Shown piece by piece: positions 8,135 to 17,481 of a stretch of DNA of 31,226 nucleotides. The stretch spans positions 1 through 31,226 of the forward strand of contig CAZECW010000134.1 in NCBI GenBank assembly GCA_964510585.1, read 5' to 3'. The DNA is from an uncultured archaeon. Lineage in GTDB: Archaea > Asgardarchaeota > Jordiarchaeia > Jordiarchaeales > Jordiarchaeaceae. The first letter of the stretch is position 1. Every line of letters begins with the position of its first letter. The notes below the pieces were generated by a model. The model did no database searches. It was not told where the DNA came from and saw only the letters and a list, made by a program, of their open reading frames with translations. The translations under genes and the position numbers were made by a program.

Positions 8135-9519
8135 CTGTGACTCCTCCTTTTAGATTCCCGGACGGTTTTTATAAACTCCGCCAACTTGGCCTTAATATCT
8201 GCTATAGAAGTAAACCTTTTATCTGCAATATCCATATCAAACCGGAGCGAAGGAATTCCAGCCTCCTTTTTTAGAGCGTCACTCAGAAGCTTGTTTAAAG
8301 CCCAACTGTGCTTACAAGCCATGTGTCCCCCAAATATGGCGCAGTCCGCCTTATACTCCTTTGCCAACCATACAAAGTCATCTATCCAAGTATCAGCATA
8401 ACCCAAACCCTGGCGGTGCATAGGCCAATTGAAGGACCTCTCAGCAAGCCCTCTTATTATGCTATCAGGGCTTGAAGTTTCAATAGGCTGGGTGAAGAAC
8501 CAGTCGAGCGCGTCGAAGAGGTGCACTGCCCCCAGCTCCTCTTCCAACCACCCATAGAAAGAGAAATCGAAGAGTACTGGCACATTAGTCCAGAGAGTCC
8601 TTATCTCCTCCATACCTTCGGGTATCACACCTACCCCATTATCCACGTTTCTTTTCGCAAGATCTCTACACACTTTAAAGAAGGATATGCCTTCAGGTTG
8701 TCCCATACCTATGAGCATTACTCCCGCCGCGGCAATGTGGCTAAAGCTTGGATCTGGGCAAGGAACAGCCTTCCTCAACTCCAGAACTTCAAGGAAGTAC
8801 TCGTAGGCCTGGTTTGAACACTCAACAACCTCTCTGAGCCTCTCTGGATCCAGCTTCTGTCCCGTTACTTCATCAAGCCTCTTAACCATCTTTTTAAACT
8901 CTTTAGCATAATACTCGAAGCTTCTAGAGTCCATAGAGTAGGGAACATCTATGGGAATGAATTTTGCATCAGTCCTCTCGGCTATCCACTGGTAGGCCAT
9001 ATTGCTTGCATCACATGCACCTACGGGTTTAACTATAATGTCAGGCTTGGGAACCTTGCCCAAAAGAAGATATCCCATGGTCGCTTTTTGGGTGGAGCAT
9101 AGATGGCTGGGGAAACCCTCTGCTTCAATCCTATCGATAGCTTGCTCGCCTCCGTTTATCCATGTTAAAGCAGCCGCCACTGACTGGTATTCTACACATA
9201 TGGGTATCAAGTCCATGGCGTAGTAAATTTCGGGTGAGTGTGTGAAGAAAAAGTAGACAACCTTTTTTCCTTCCTCTAATCCTTTAACAACAATATTATT
9301 CCAGTATTTGTAGTTGCATTTCACCCACTGCTTTGCAATTTCCCTATGTTTAGGTCTAGTAAAATTAGCGAGTCCAATTTGAAGCATTCTCAAAACACTC
9401 ATTTCCTCTTCCGAAAGGGAACCTAGTGTCCTCTCTAGGTTATTGCTCTCTAGGAATTTTTCTTGTATTTTATAAGCTAACGCCATATGCCTTGCAAATT
9501 CTGTGCCAGTCTCATCCAT
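8131..9519 (-). CDS. 2-hydroxyacyl-CoA dehydratase / aryl-CoA reductase alpha-type subunit (HgdA/BcrB/BzdO-like), paralog 2
   Basis: Three cluster Cys (HLCSTQK, GACD, ACKH), IDVPY, LDPERLREVVE.SN, and C-terminal GIPSLRFDMDIAD. Confidence 0.9.
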   Translation of the reverse strand: MDETGTEFARHMALAYKIQEKFLESNNLERTLGSLSEEEMSVLRMLQIGLANFTRPKHREIAKQWVKCNYKYWNNIVVKGLEEGKKVVYFFFTHSPEIYYAMDLIPICVEYQSVAAALTWINGGEQAIDRIEAEGFPSHLCSTQKATMGYLLLGKVPKPDIIVKPVGACDASNMAYQWIAERTDAKFIPIDVPYSMDSRSFEYYAKEFKKMVKRLDEVTGQKLDPERLREVVECSNQAYEYFLEVLELRKAVPCPDPSFSHIAAAGVMLIGMGQPEGISFFKVCRDLAKRNVDNGVGVIPEGMEEIRTLWTNVPVLFDFSFYGWLEEELGAVHLFDALDWFFTQPIETSSPDSIIRGLAERSFNWPMHRQGLGYADTWIDDFVWLAKEYKADCAIFGGHMACKHSWALNKLLSDALKKEAGIPSLRFDMDIADKRFTSIADIKAKLAEFIKTVRESKRRSHS

Positions 9520-9577
9520 TTTTACAAACCTCCGATCCCCTCAAGAAAAGATTAAATCTCTCATTTACCTTAGAGTA

Positions 9578-10960
9578 TTAATGCCTTTTTCTTTCCCGAA
9601 CATTTTTTATGAACTCTGCAAATTTAGCCTTTATGTCCACTATGGATGTTACTCTTTTATCAGCTAAATCCATTTCAAAGCGTAGTGAGGGAATTCCTAC
9701 CTCTTTTTTAAGAGCGTCGCTTAGAAGTTTATTTATCCCCCAGCTGTGTTTACAAGCTGCATGTCCGGCGAATATAGCGCAGTCCGCCCTGTACTCTTTC
9801 GCAAGCCATACGAAATCGCTTATCCAGTCATCGGCAAATCCCATGGACTGGCGATGCATGGGCCAGTTGAAGGACCTCTCAGCGAGCCCTCTTATTATGC
9901 TATCAGTGGATGAAGTATCTATTGGTTGAGTGAAAAACCAATCCAGACAGTCAAATAGGTGTATTGCCCCCAGTTCCTCCTCAATCCAGTCAAAGAAGGG
10001 GAAGTCAAAGAGTATAGGTACATATATCCAGAGTGTCCTTATCTCCTCCATACCTTCGGGTATAACTCCCACCCCCTTCTCCACGTTTTTCTTCGCAGTG
10101 TCCCTACACGCCTTAAAGTAATCTATGGCTTCGGGACGCCCCAAGCTAGTCAGCATCGTTCCCGCTGATAGTAAATGACTGAGGCTGGGATCCGGGCAAG
10201 GAACCGCTTTTCTTAATTCCATATTTTCAAGGAAGTACTCGTAGGCCTGGTTTGAACACTCAACAACCTCTCTGAGCCTCTCTGGATCCAGCTTCTGTCC
10301 CGTTACCTCTTCAAGCCTGGCAATCATCTTCTTATATTCGTTTAGATAGTACTCAAAGGCATGGGAGTCTAAGGAGTAGGGTGTGTCCATAACGATGAAC
10401 TCCGCACCAGTTTTTTCCGCCATCCACTGGTAGGCCATGTTACTGGGGTCACATACTCCTACGGGTTTAACTATAATGTCTGGTTTTGGAACCTTATTCA
10501 TGAGTAGCCAGCCCATCGTTCCTTTCTGTGCCGAACAGAGGTGGCTTGGTAATCCCTCAGCTTCGATCCTGTCAATTCCATCTTCAGCTCCGTTAGTCCA
10601 CACCGCTGAGGCTAAAGCAGGCTGGTATTCTGCACATATGGGTATCAAGTCCATGGCGTAGTAAATTTCGGGTGAGTGAGTGAAATAGAAGTAGACAACC
10701 TTCTTTCCCTCCTCTAATCCTTTGAGAACAACATTATGCCAGTATTCATAGTTACATTTTATCCACTCCCTTACTATATCTTTAAGCTTGGGCTTAGGTA
10801 TCACCTCTGCCAAAGCTATCTGAAGTATTCCTAACAAACTTTGCTCTTCTGGTGTTAAGGTGGCTAGAGCCTGCGTTAAATCCTTAGCATCTATAAATTT
10901 GTTTGCTATACTGAAAGTTAGGGACATTAGCCTTGCATGTTCTTTTCCATTATTCCTCAT
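9578..10960 (-). CDS. 2-hydroxyacyl-CoA dehydratase / aryl-CoA reductase alpha-type subunit, paralog 1
   Basis: HLCSAQK, GVCD and ACKH; collinear and highly similar to 8131-9519 over its full length. Confidence 0.9.
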   Translation of the reverse strand: MRNNGKEHARLMSLTFSIANKFIDAKDLTQALATLTPEEQSLLGILQIALAEVIPKPKLKDIVREWIKCNYEYWHNVVLKGLEEGKKVVYFYFTHSPEIYYAMDLIPICAEYQPALASAVWTNGAEDGIDRIEAEGLPSHLCSAQKGTMGWLLMNKVPKPDIIVKPVGVCDPSNMAYQWMAEKTGAEFIVMDTPYSLDSHAFEYYLNEYKKMIARLEEVTGQKLDPERLREVVECSNQAYEYFLENMELRKAVPCPDPSLSHLLSAGTMLTSLGRPEAIDYFKACRDTAKKNVEKGVGVIPEGMEEIRTLWIYVPILFDFPFFDWIEEELGAIHLFDCLDWFFTQPIDTSSTDSIIRGLAERSFNWPMHRQSMGFADDWISDFVWLAKEYRADCAIFAGHAACKHSWGINKLLSDALKKEVGIPSLRFEMDLADKRVTSIVDIKAKFAEFIKNVRERKRH

Positions 10961-10963
10961 TTT

Positions 10964-12094
10964 TCACCCTCCTATTCTCTCCAGAAATGCTTGCACTCTG
11001 GTTCGGAACCTTCCAACATCGCTTATTAGATAGTCCCTCTCTAGTATCAATGTGGGAATGTTTTCCTCCTCCAATTCCTTGCTTATCATAACGTTGTCGA
11101 CACCATGTGGATCGCAGAAGGCAATCTTCTCAAATATTACCCCATCTACTCGGGCTTTTTCAGCCAATTCCCTCACAAAGCCCAATTTCTTGGGATACTC
11201 CCTCAACATACGTGGACAAGGATTATGATAATAGTAGCGCTTAGCTACAGCTTCCAAAGGGTCTCCCTCACCACTAACCAACCCCTTAAATTGCCTTGTT
11301 CCAAAACAGAGGGAATCGGTGACCACAAGTCCTCCCAAGTCCTCAATAATCTCAATTAAACTTGGTTGGTCAAGTTCGCTCCCTACAATCATTAGTCTCG
11401 CATCATAGTCTCTTATACCCCCTGAATTCTCTAGCTCTTTTAATAAACTAGCAAGCATAATGTTGAAATCTTCCCTCGGCATCGCTGAGGCAGCTGCAAC
11501 TATGCTGAGGCTCTGAGCTCCATTAATCGGTGGATTCTCCTTGGCTCTAAGGTTGTAAAGTTTTTCCAGGAGCTCACGGCTCTCGTTGTAAACATTTATT
11601 GATTCTCTGAGCTTCTCATCTGTTATCTTCACACCAAAGTGTTGCTCAATGTGCTCCTTAAATCTTTCAACTTCCTCCATATAAAATTTAAATCCATCTT
11701 CGGTGAGTACGTGCGGTACAGGCAAGAAGTGGTGGAACGGGATTTTAACTATCCTAACCCAGTTATCGTAAACCCTCCGTATGTGGTCACATCCGTTAAG
11801 GTAGCAGAATCCATCCAGAAAATCGTAGGCTCCCGTGATACCTAGTTCAAGGACAGCCCGGCAGAAGCTACAGTTAAACCTGCCCATATAAATGTCCGCA
11901 TTTGAGGTGCCAGTACAGGTTACTCCCCTTATTCTATAGGGCAATATGCCTGCAGCGTGGATTATTTCCTCTGGAGCATAAGTGCAAGTGTACCCAATAA
12001 TTTTCTTTCCCTGCTTCTTCCATTCATCAATGTAAGAGTTACGCAGAGTTGATGAAACCTCAACTAACTTATCTAAAATCTCCAAAAATCTCAC
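10964..12094 (-). CDS. 2-hydroxyacyl-CoA dehydratase / aryl-CoA reductase beta-type subunit (HgdB/BcrC/BzdN-like)
   Basis: KIIGYTCTYAPEEIIHAAGILP, NCSFC, NGCDHIRR, RLMIVGS, AFCDPH, GRFRTRVQAFLE. Confidence 0.92.
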   Translation of the reverse strand: MRFLEILDKLVEVSSTLRNSYIDEWKKQGKKIIGYTCTYAPEEIIHAAGILPYRIRGVTCTGTSNADIYMGRFNCSFCRAVLELGITGAYDFLDGFCYLNGCDHIRRVYDNWVRIVKIPFHHFLPVPHVLTEDGFKFYMEEVERFKEHIEQHFGVKITDEKLRESINVYNESRELLEKLYNLRAKENPPINGAQSLSIVAAASAMPREDFNIMLASLLKELENSGGIRDYDARLMIVGSELDQPSLIEIIEDLGGLVVTDSLCFGTRQFKGLVSGEGDPLEAVAKRYYYHNPCPRMLREYPKKLGFVRELAEKARVDGVIFEKIAFCDPHGVDNVMISKELEEENIPTLILERDYLISDVGRFRTRVQAFLERIGG

Positions 12095-12320
12095 CCAATT
12101 TTTAATTATTAAAGCCTAAGATTCCTTTATATGCCTTTATTTTCTATTATATTTTTCCAAAAAACTATTTCAGCTCATATATGTTGTAATCACTAATAGT
12201 TTCAAAATTAATAAAATTATAAAAGGAGAGCTTACTCTTAGTAGGGACTGAAACATATTTTCAACAAAAAAATAATCAAAGGATAATTTTTAGAGTTCAT
12301 TAAGGAGGCTAGTCGGCTGC

Positions 12321-13361
12321 ATGGATCGCTTGGAGAATGTTTTGCGGGCTATTGAATTTCTCTCCCCTGAATGTGTGCCTGTTTATCGCTTATCACTGAA
12401 TCCTGAGAATCCTTGGATTGAGAGTGATTTTATCGAGGTGCTCTATACTCACCCGAAAGGCTGGAAGCCGAGTCGGAAGGGAGAGGATGAATGGGGATGT
12501 GTCTGGGATAATCTTGGAGGCAAAACAATGGGAAACGTTGTTACCCCACCTATTACTTCTTGGGAGAAGTTGGAGGATTATGAGTTTCCCGATCCCTACT
12601 TGGAGGATAGGTTTACGGATCCTATTCCCTACAAGGTAGGAGATTTTTCATTTGAGATTCCAAGTGCTGAGCAACAAATTTCCACTTGGGCAGGGGATAG
12701 ATATGTCCTTGGCAGCTTGGAGATTACTCTATTTCAGCGTCTCCAGTTTCTTAGAGGAGCAGACACAATTCTTAAGGACATTTACTTGGAGAGGGAGATG
12801 GTGGAGGAGCTGGCGGATAGAGTAACAGATTTTTACTTGGGACTGATTGAAATGTGGAGTTCTCGTGGGGCCCACGGGGTAATTGCTTATGATGATTTTG
12901 GAACGCAGCAGGGATTATGGATGCGACCCCAGATTTGGAGGGAAATCTTCAAGCCCCGCTACTGGAAGATGGTTAAAGCCGCCCATAATAGGGGAATGCA
13001 TTTCTTCCTCCACAGCTGCGGATACATCTATGATATAATAGGTGATCTTGTTGAAATTGGGCTGGACGTCTTACAATTGGATCAGCCTGAACTTCTGGGC
13101 GTTGACCGGCTGGGAAGAGATTTTGGTGGTAAGATTTGCTTCTTCTGTGTGGTAGATATTCAAAAAACTCTCCAAACTGGAACTAGAGAACAGATAGAGG
13201 AAGCCGCAAAGCATATGATTAAGGTTCTGGGAAGCTTTGATGGAGGCTTTATGGGAAGAGCTTACCCGCAGCCAGAGGCAATAGATCTTAAACCTGAAAA
13301 CGTGGACACCATGATCAGAGCTTTTAGAAGGTATGGGAAATATCCGAGGAGAACTGTCTAA
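12321..13361 (+). CDS. Uroporphyrinogen-decarboxylase-fold protein (MtaA/CmuA MT2-type corrinoid methyltransferase-like)
   Basis: DEWGCVW, YDDFGTQQGLWMRPQIWREIFKP, Zn-type LHSCG, LVEIGLDVL, and G.FM..YP at the C-terminus. Confidence 0.85.
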   Translation: MDRLENVLRAIEFLSPECVPVYRLSLNPENPWIESDFIEVLYTHPKGWKPSRKGEDEWGCVWDNLGGKTMGNVVTPPITSWEKLEDYEFPDPYLEDRFTDPIPYKVGDFSFEIPSAEQQISTWAGDRYVLGSLEITLFQRLQFLRGADTILKDIYLEREMVEELADRVTDFYLGLIEMWSSRGAHGVIAYDDFGTQQGLWMRPQIWREIFKPRYWKMVKAAHNRGMHFFLHSCGYIYDIIGDLVEIGLDVLQLDQPELLGVDRLGRDFGGKICFFCVVDIQKTLQTGTREQIEEAAKHMIKVLGSFDGGFMGRAYPQPEAIDLKPENVDTMIRAFRRYGKYPRRTV

Positions 13362-14128
13362 ACTTTAAGTTTTTCAAATATTTTCTTTACAGCTTTTAGG
13401 CTTGGTGCACTACTTGGAATTTCAGTTATGGGCTTCCCAAGTGTGTCTAGTTTTGTGATGTTTTCGTCTTCTGGCACGGTGCCGAGTACCTTCAGCTGGA
13501 GTTCCTCCGCCCGCCTTTTTATTTCCACTATTTCATCTGGGCTTCTTACCCTATTGATTATGAGCCCTGTTTCCCTGTGATGTGTGTATTTGGCGGCCGT
13601 TTCCCTAATTGCGTTTGCGGTTTGGAGGCCCCTTAGTGTAGGGTCGGTTACAATTAGTAGTGTTTTCACGGATCTAACCACTTTTCTGTTTATTTGTTCA
13701 AGTCCCGCCTCACAGTCAACGAGAGTTACATCAAAGTTTTTTGATAGGGTTTCAATTGCGTCTCTAAGTAGGGTGTTTGCTGGGCAGAAGCAGCCAGGGC
13801 TGTCTGGAGTGCCCATAGCTAGGAGATTAAACCCTTTATCCTCAACCAGAGCCTCAAGAAGGTAGTAATCAAGTGAATCCACTATCTCCCCCTTTTCATC
13901 CTCGTCTCCCTCACTTGCAACTTTTATAACGTTTTTCCTAAGGTCTTCTAGTGTCCGCTCTACTCTGAGTCCAAGTATTCGCGCAAGATGAGATGTTGAG
14001 GGATCTCCATCGATAAGGAGCAGACGAAGTCTGGGAACATTTTTGAGGACAATCGCCATGAGGGCTGTGATAACAGTTTTGCCTGCTCCTCCCTTACCAG
14101 CCACAGCAATTATAGAAGAATCGGTCAA
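13358..14128 (-). CDS. cooC: CooC/AcsF-type nickel-insertion ATPase (MinD/SIMIBI family)
   Basis: Deviant Walker A GKGGAGKT, IDGDP, Ni-binding GCFCP (CxC), VDCEAGLEQ. TTG start with GGAGG. Its stop overlaps the convergent gene's stop (13358-13361). Confidence 0.88.
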   Translation of the reverse strand: MTDSSIIAVAGKGGAGKTVITALMAIVLKNVPRLRLLLIDGDPSTSHLARILGLRVERTLEDLRKNVIKVASEGDEDEKGEIVDSLDYYLLEALVEDKGFNLLAMGTPDSPGCFCPANTLLRDAIETLSKNFDVTLVDCEAGLEQINRKVVRSVKTLLIVTDPTLRGLQTANAIRETAAKYTHHRETGLIINRVRSPDEIVEIKRRAEELQLKVLGTVPEDENITKLDTLGKPITEIPSSAPSLKAVKKIFEKLKV

Positions 14129-14278
14129 CGATAAACCTCCAAACTAAGCCCACCAACATTAGTCAATTAACAGTATTAAAAATTTATAACTTAAATGTTC
14201 CCCGATAACTGGATAGAAGCATTTTTATGGTATTGATTGTATATTTTAACCAACTTTTGAATATTTGGAGGTTCAAGT

Positions 14279-15991
14279 TTGAGTGGAGAGAAGGAGCCGC
14301 TATTTGAAGTTGTATTCGATTTTGAGAATCCCAGTCCTTGGGTTCGCCCAAATCGCCCCTGGGAGAAATGGTACCGAGAAGCTACCTATGAGGGAAGAAA
14401 GATAAACATTCCTCGAACCATTAAGTATCCTGAAATACCTATACATTATTTTGGAAGGGACGCTGCGGAGAATTATCCCAACAATGTGGCCGTCTACTAT
14501 ACTCCTCAGGAAAAGAAGTACACTTACCGTGAACTAATGTACTACAGTGACAAAATCTCTGCGGCGCTGGCAGACCTTGGAGTGGAGAAGAACTCTTCTG
14601 TTGCAGTATTTATGGCAAACACTCCCGAATTCGTATTCTCCCTTTATGGAATCACTCAGACAGGGGGAGCAGTGACACCCATAAACCCCCTACTTAAGGC
14701 CCCAGACATAGCCCACATTGTAAGAGACAGTGGAATAATAGATACACTCATCTGTACCTCTAACCTCTACCCAGTGGTTGAGAAAACACGGGAGGAGGTG
14801 GAACTGGAAAACGTAATAGTGGTGGGCGACAAGATACCAGGAACCATAAACTTTGCAGAGATGATTGAGAAGTATCCCCCCAAACCCCCAGACGTCACAA
14901 TAAACCCAAAGGAGGATGTTTGCGCACTAATGTACAGTGGAGGAACCACGGGACTACCAAAGGGAGTGATGCTCACCCACTATAACATAGTGGCAGACGT
15001 AATAGCTAGTGCCCATACACAGTGGGGAGATGACAGATCCGGAGCTGGTAAAGGAACAGTTATTGCCGTTCTGCCAATGTGCCACGTCTTCGGATTTACT
15101 ATGGTTCAGAGCTATGTGTATGCAAAATCCATGATGATAATGTATGCGGGATTCGACCCCGAAGTGGTAATGAGGGATATTGAAAAGTATAAAAGTGAGG
15201 CGTTTCTGGGAATTCCACTCATGTATTTTGTTTTGGTAAACCATCCAAGCTTTGGAAAGTACGATCTCTCCTCATTAAAGCTAGCAATATCCGGCGCAGA
15301 TACTCTGCAGACTGTGATTTCAGAAAAGTGGAAAAAGGTCACAAACGTCGATGTAGGTCAGGGGTATGGTCTCTCCGAGGCAAGCCCAGTGACCCACAGC
15401 CAACCTCCATGGCTGCCAAAAATAGGAAACAGCATAGGGATACCAATAATAGATACCGACGCAAAAATTGTGGATCTTGAAACTGGAACACAGGAACTAC
15501 CGCCGGGAGAGATAGGTGAACTTATGGTCAGAGGACCACAGGTGATGAAGGGCTACTGGAAGCAGCCCGAAAAGACAAAGGAAACAGTAACTGAGGATGG
15601 ATGGCTTCACACTGGAGACCTGGCCCGAATGGATGAGAATGGCTACTTCTACATAATGGGGCGATTCAAAGACATAATCAAGTATAAGGGTTACAAGGTT
15701 ATGCCCGACGATGTAGAAAACGAATTGTTAAAACATCCCGCAATACTGCAATGTGTGGTAATCGGTGTTCCAGACCCAAAAATTGGAGAAAACATTAAGG
15801 CCTTTGTGGTGCTTAAAGATGAGTACAAGGGAAAAATTAGTGAACAGGAGATCATTGATTGGGCGAAGGAAAACATGGCAGGGTACAAGTGGCCCAGAAA
15901 AGTAGAGTTCATTGATGCAATTCCCAGAACCGCGGTGGGAAAGGTGTTCAGAAGAAAACTGAGGGAAATGGAGCTTGCGAAAAAGGCCTAA
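14279..15991 (+). CDS. Acyl/aryl-CoA ligase (AMP-forming, long-chain-fatty-acid--CoA ligase family)
   Basis: YSGGTTGLPKG, GQGYGLSE, GWLHTGD, GRFKDIIK, PRTAVGK. Confidence 0.95.
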   Translation: MSGEKEPLFEVVFDFENPSPWVRPNRPWEKWYREATYEGRKINIPRTIKYPEIPIHYFGRDAAENYPNNVAVYYTPQEKKYTYRELMYYSDKISAALADLGVEKNSSVAVFMANTPEFVFSLYGITQTGGAVTPINPLLKAPDIAHIVRDSGIIDTLICTSNLYPVVEKTREEVELENVIVVGDKIPGTINFAEMIEKYPPKPPDVTINPKEDVCALMYSGGTTGLPKGVMLTHYNIVADVIASAHTQWGDDRSGAGKGTVIAVLPMCHVFGFTMVQSYVYAKSMMIMYAGFDPEVVMRDIEKYKSEAFLGIPLMYFVLVNHPSFGKYDLSSLKLAISGADTLQTVISEKWKKVTNVDVGQGYGLSEASPVTHSQPPWLPKIGNSIGIPIIDTDAKIVDLETGTQELPPGEIGELMVRGPQVMKGYWKQPEKTKETVTEDGWLHTGDLARMDENGYFYIMGRFKDIIKYKGYKVMPDDVENELLKHPAILQCVVIGVPDPKIGENIKAFVVLKDEYKGKISEQEIIDWAKENMAGYKWPRKVEFIDAIPRTAVGKVFRRKLREMELAKKA

Positions 15992-16208
15992 AAACACCAA
16001 TCCTGAAAAATCAAAGAACACACAGAAAATCGATTAACCAACCATAAACACTTTCCTTTTTACCCAACCCACTCGCTTCTACTCAGTTATATTGAAAAAA
16101 AGGTTTATAGAATCGTAAAACTGGGCTCTAATGGGGGGAATGTTTCCCGCTTTTGGCAGAGAGGATTGCACAGACGAAGGAACGTATGGAAGGCGTATCC
16201 GAATCAAC

Positions 16209-16228
16209 CGCATAATTTAAACTATGCG
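16209..16228. promoter_or_regulatory. Near-perfect 20-bp palindrome centred on TTTAAA upstream of the crotonase
   Basis: CGCATA-ATTTAAAC-TATGCG. Confidence 0.4.
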
Positions 16229-16303
16229 AAAAACATATATCGTATTTGGAATCGAATGGGAGGAAACGCGCTTATTTAAAATGTTTACCGGAGGAAATAC
16301 GGC

Positions 16304-17098
16304 ATGAATTATGAGTGTTTAATTCTTGAGAAAAACGAAGAAAAAGGAATAGCGAAAATAACTCTAAATCGACCGGAAGCTATGAATAGCTGGAATTACC
16401 AGCTGGCAAAGGAATTCTTGGAAGCTGTGAGGAGCCTAGAAGATAACCGCAAGATTAGGGTTCTGATTATTACTGGTTCTGGTGGAACATTCTCCACTGG
16501 TGCAGACCTAAAATTTGTGAGGTCTCTACTTGATGAGGGCTTAGAGAAGGGATGGGAAATGATTACCACCCTAAATGAAGCCTTCAGCAACTGTGAAAAA
16601 ACCAGATTGCCCGTAATTGCCGCGGTAAACGGTTTCGCCCTAGCCGGAGGCTTGGAACTCATTCTCTGCTGCGACATAGTGTTAATGGCGGACAACGCCA
16701 GAATAGGAGACTACCACTCCAACTTCGGCCTAATACCGGGCGGAGGAGGCTCTCAACGTTTGCCCAGAAAAATAGGAGACCAAAACGCAAAATATCTACT
16801 ATTTACTGGAAGATGGGTTTCAGCCGAAGAAGCCAAAGCCATGGGCCTAGTCCACCAAGTAGTGCCAGCCGACAAACTCATGGAAGAAGCCGAGAAACTA
16901 GCCATGAGAATCGCGGAAAAAAATCCCGGCGGCATAAAATACATGAAGTACCTGGCAAACAAAAGCAGAGACCTACCACTAGAAGAAGGCTTAAAACTGG
17001 AACAAGAAATCTTCATGAAATTTGCAGTGGAAGAGAGAGAAAACCTCATTGAGGGGTTAACCGCCTTCATGGAAAAGAGGAAACCAGTTTTCAAATAA
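16304..17098 (+). CDS. Enoyl-CoA hydratase/isomerase (crotonase) family protein
   Basis: LNRPEAMNS, FSTGADL, AAVNGFALAGGLEL, FGLIPGGGGSQRL, AFMEKRKPVF; GGAGG RBS. Confidence 0.95.
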   Translation: MNYECLILEKNEEKGIAKITLNRPEAMNSWNYQLAKEFLEAVRSLEDNRKIRVLIITGSGGTFSTGADLKFVRSLLDEGLEKGWEMITTLNEAFSNCEKTRLPVIAAVNGFALAGGLELILCCDIVLMADNARIGDYHSNFGLIPGGGGSQRLPRKIGDQNAKYLLFTGRWVSAEEAKAMGLVHQVVPADKLMEEAEKLAMRIAEKNPGGIKYMKYLANKSRDLPLEEGLKLEQEIFMKFAVEERENLIEGLTAFMEKRKPVFK

Positions 17099-17262
17099 AA
17101 AAGGAAACCAATTATCAGAAGACCTAGCAAGAAACGGTCAGAAATTCGATAACCACACAACCTATATTTTTAAATAGGAAAAAAAGGATTTTCAATAAGT
17201 AAATTGGTGCAAACCATTTAAATATTAGAAAACAACTAAAAATAAAATATAAAAAATTAGCT

Positions 17263-17481
17263 ATGGAGGAGATAAAGATTATTCCACTTCAGTTCGGCTT
17301 TGAACTATTCGCACTCATACCATTCATAATAATGATAGTTTGGTGCGTAATAGCAATAGCCCTAGCAATCTGGGTTTACAAAGACGCCGAAGAACGAGGC
17401 ATGGAAGGAGCACTCTGGCTCATAATAGTTCTACTCTTAGGAATAATTGGACTCATAATCTACCTAATAGTCAGGGAGTGA
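17263..17481 (+). CDS. Small membrane protein, PLDc N-terminal-like domain
   Basis: WVYKDAEERGM..ALWLIIVLLLGIIGLIIYLIVR pattern with two hydrophobic segments. Confidence 0.8.
   Translation: MEEIKIIPLQFGFELFALIPFIIMIVWCVIAIALAIWVYKDAEERGMEGALWLIIVLLLGIIGLIIYLIVRE

Noticed and set aside
5764-14128. A Wood-Ljungdahl (CODH/ACS) gene cluster
   Set aside because: No CODH, corrinoid Fe-S protein or full-length ACS; the ACS-like gene lacks the Ni-distal cysteines.
16023-17155. Similar CAGAAA(A/T)TCGAT(T)AACCA motifs after the ligase (16023-16040) and crotonase (17139-17155)
   Set aside because: Only two imperfect copies in A/C-skewed 3' regions; chance cannot be excluded.
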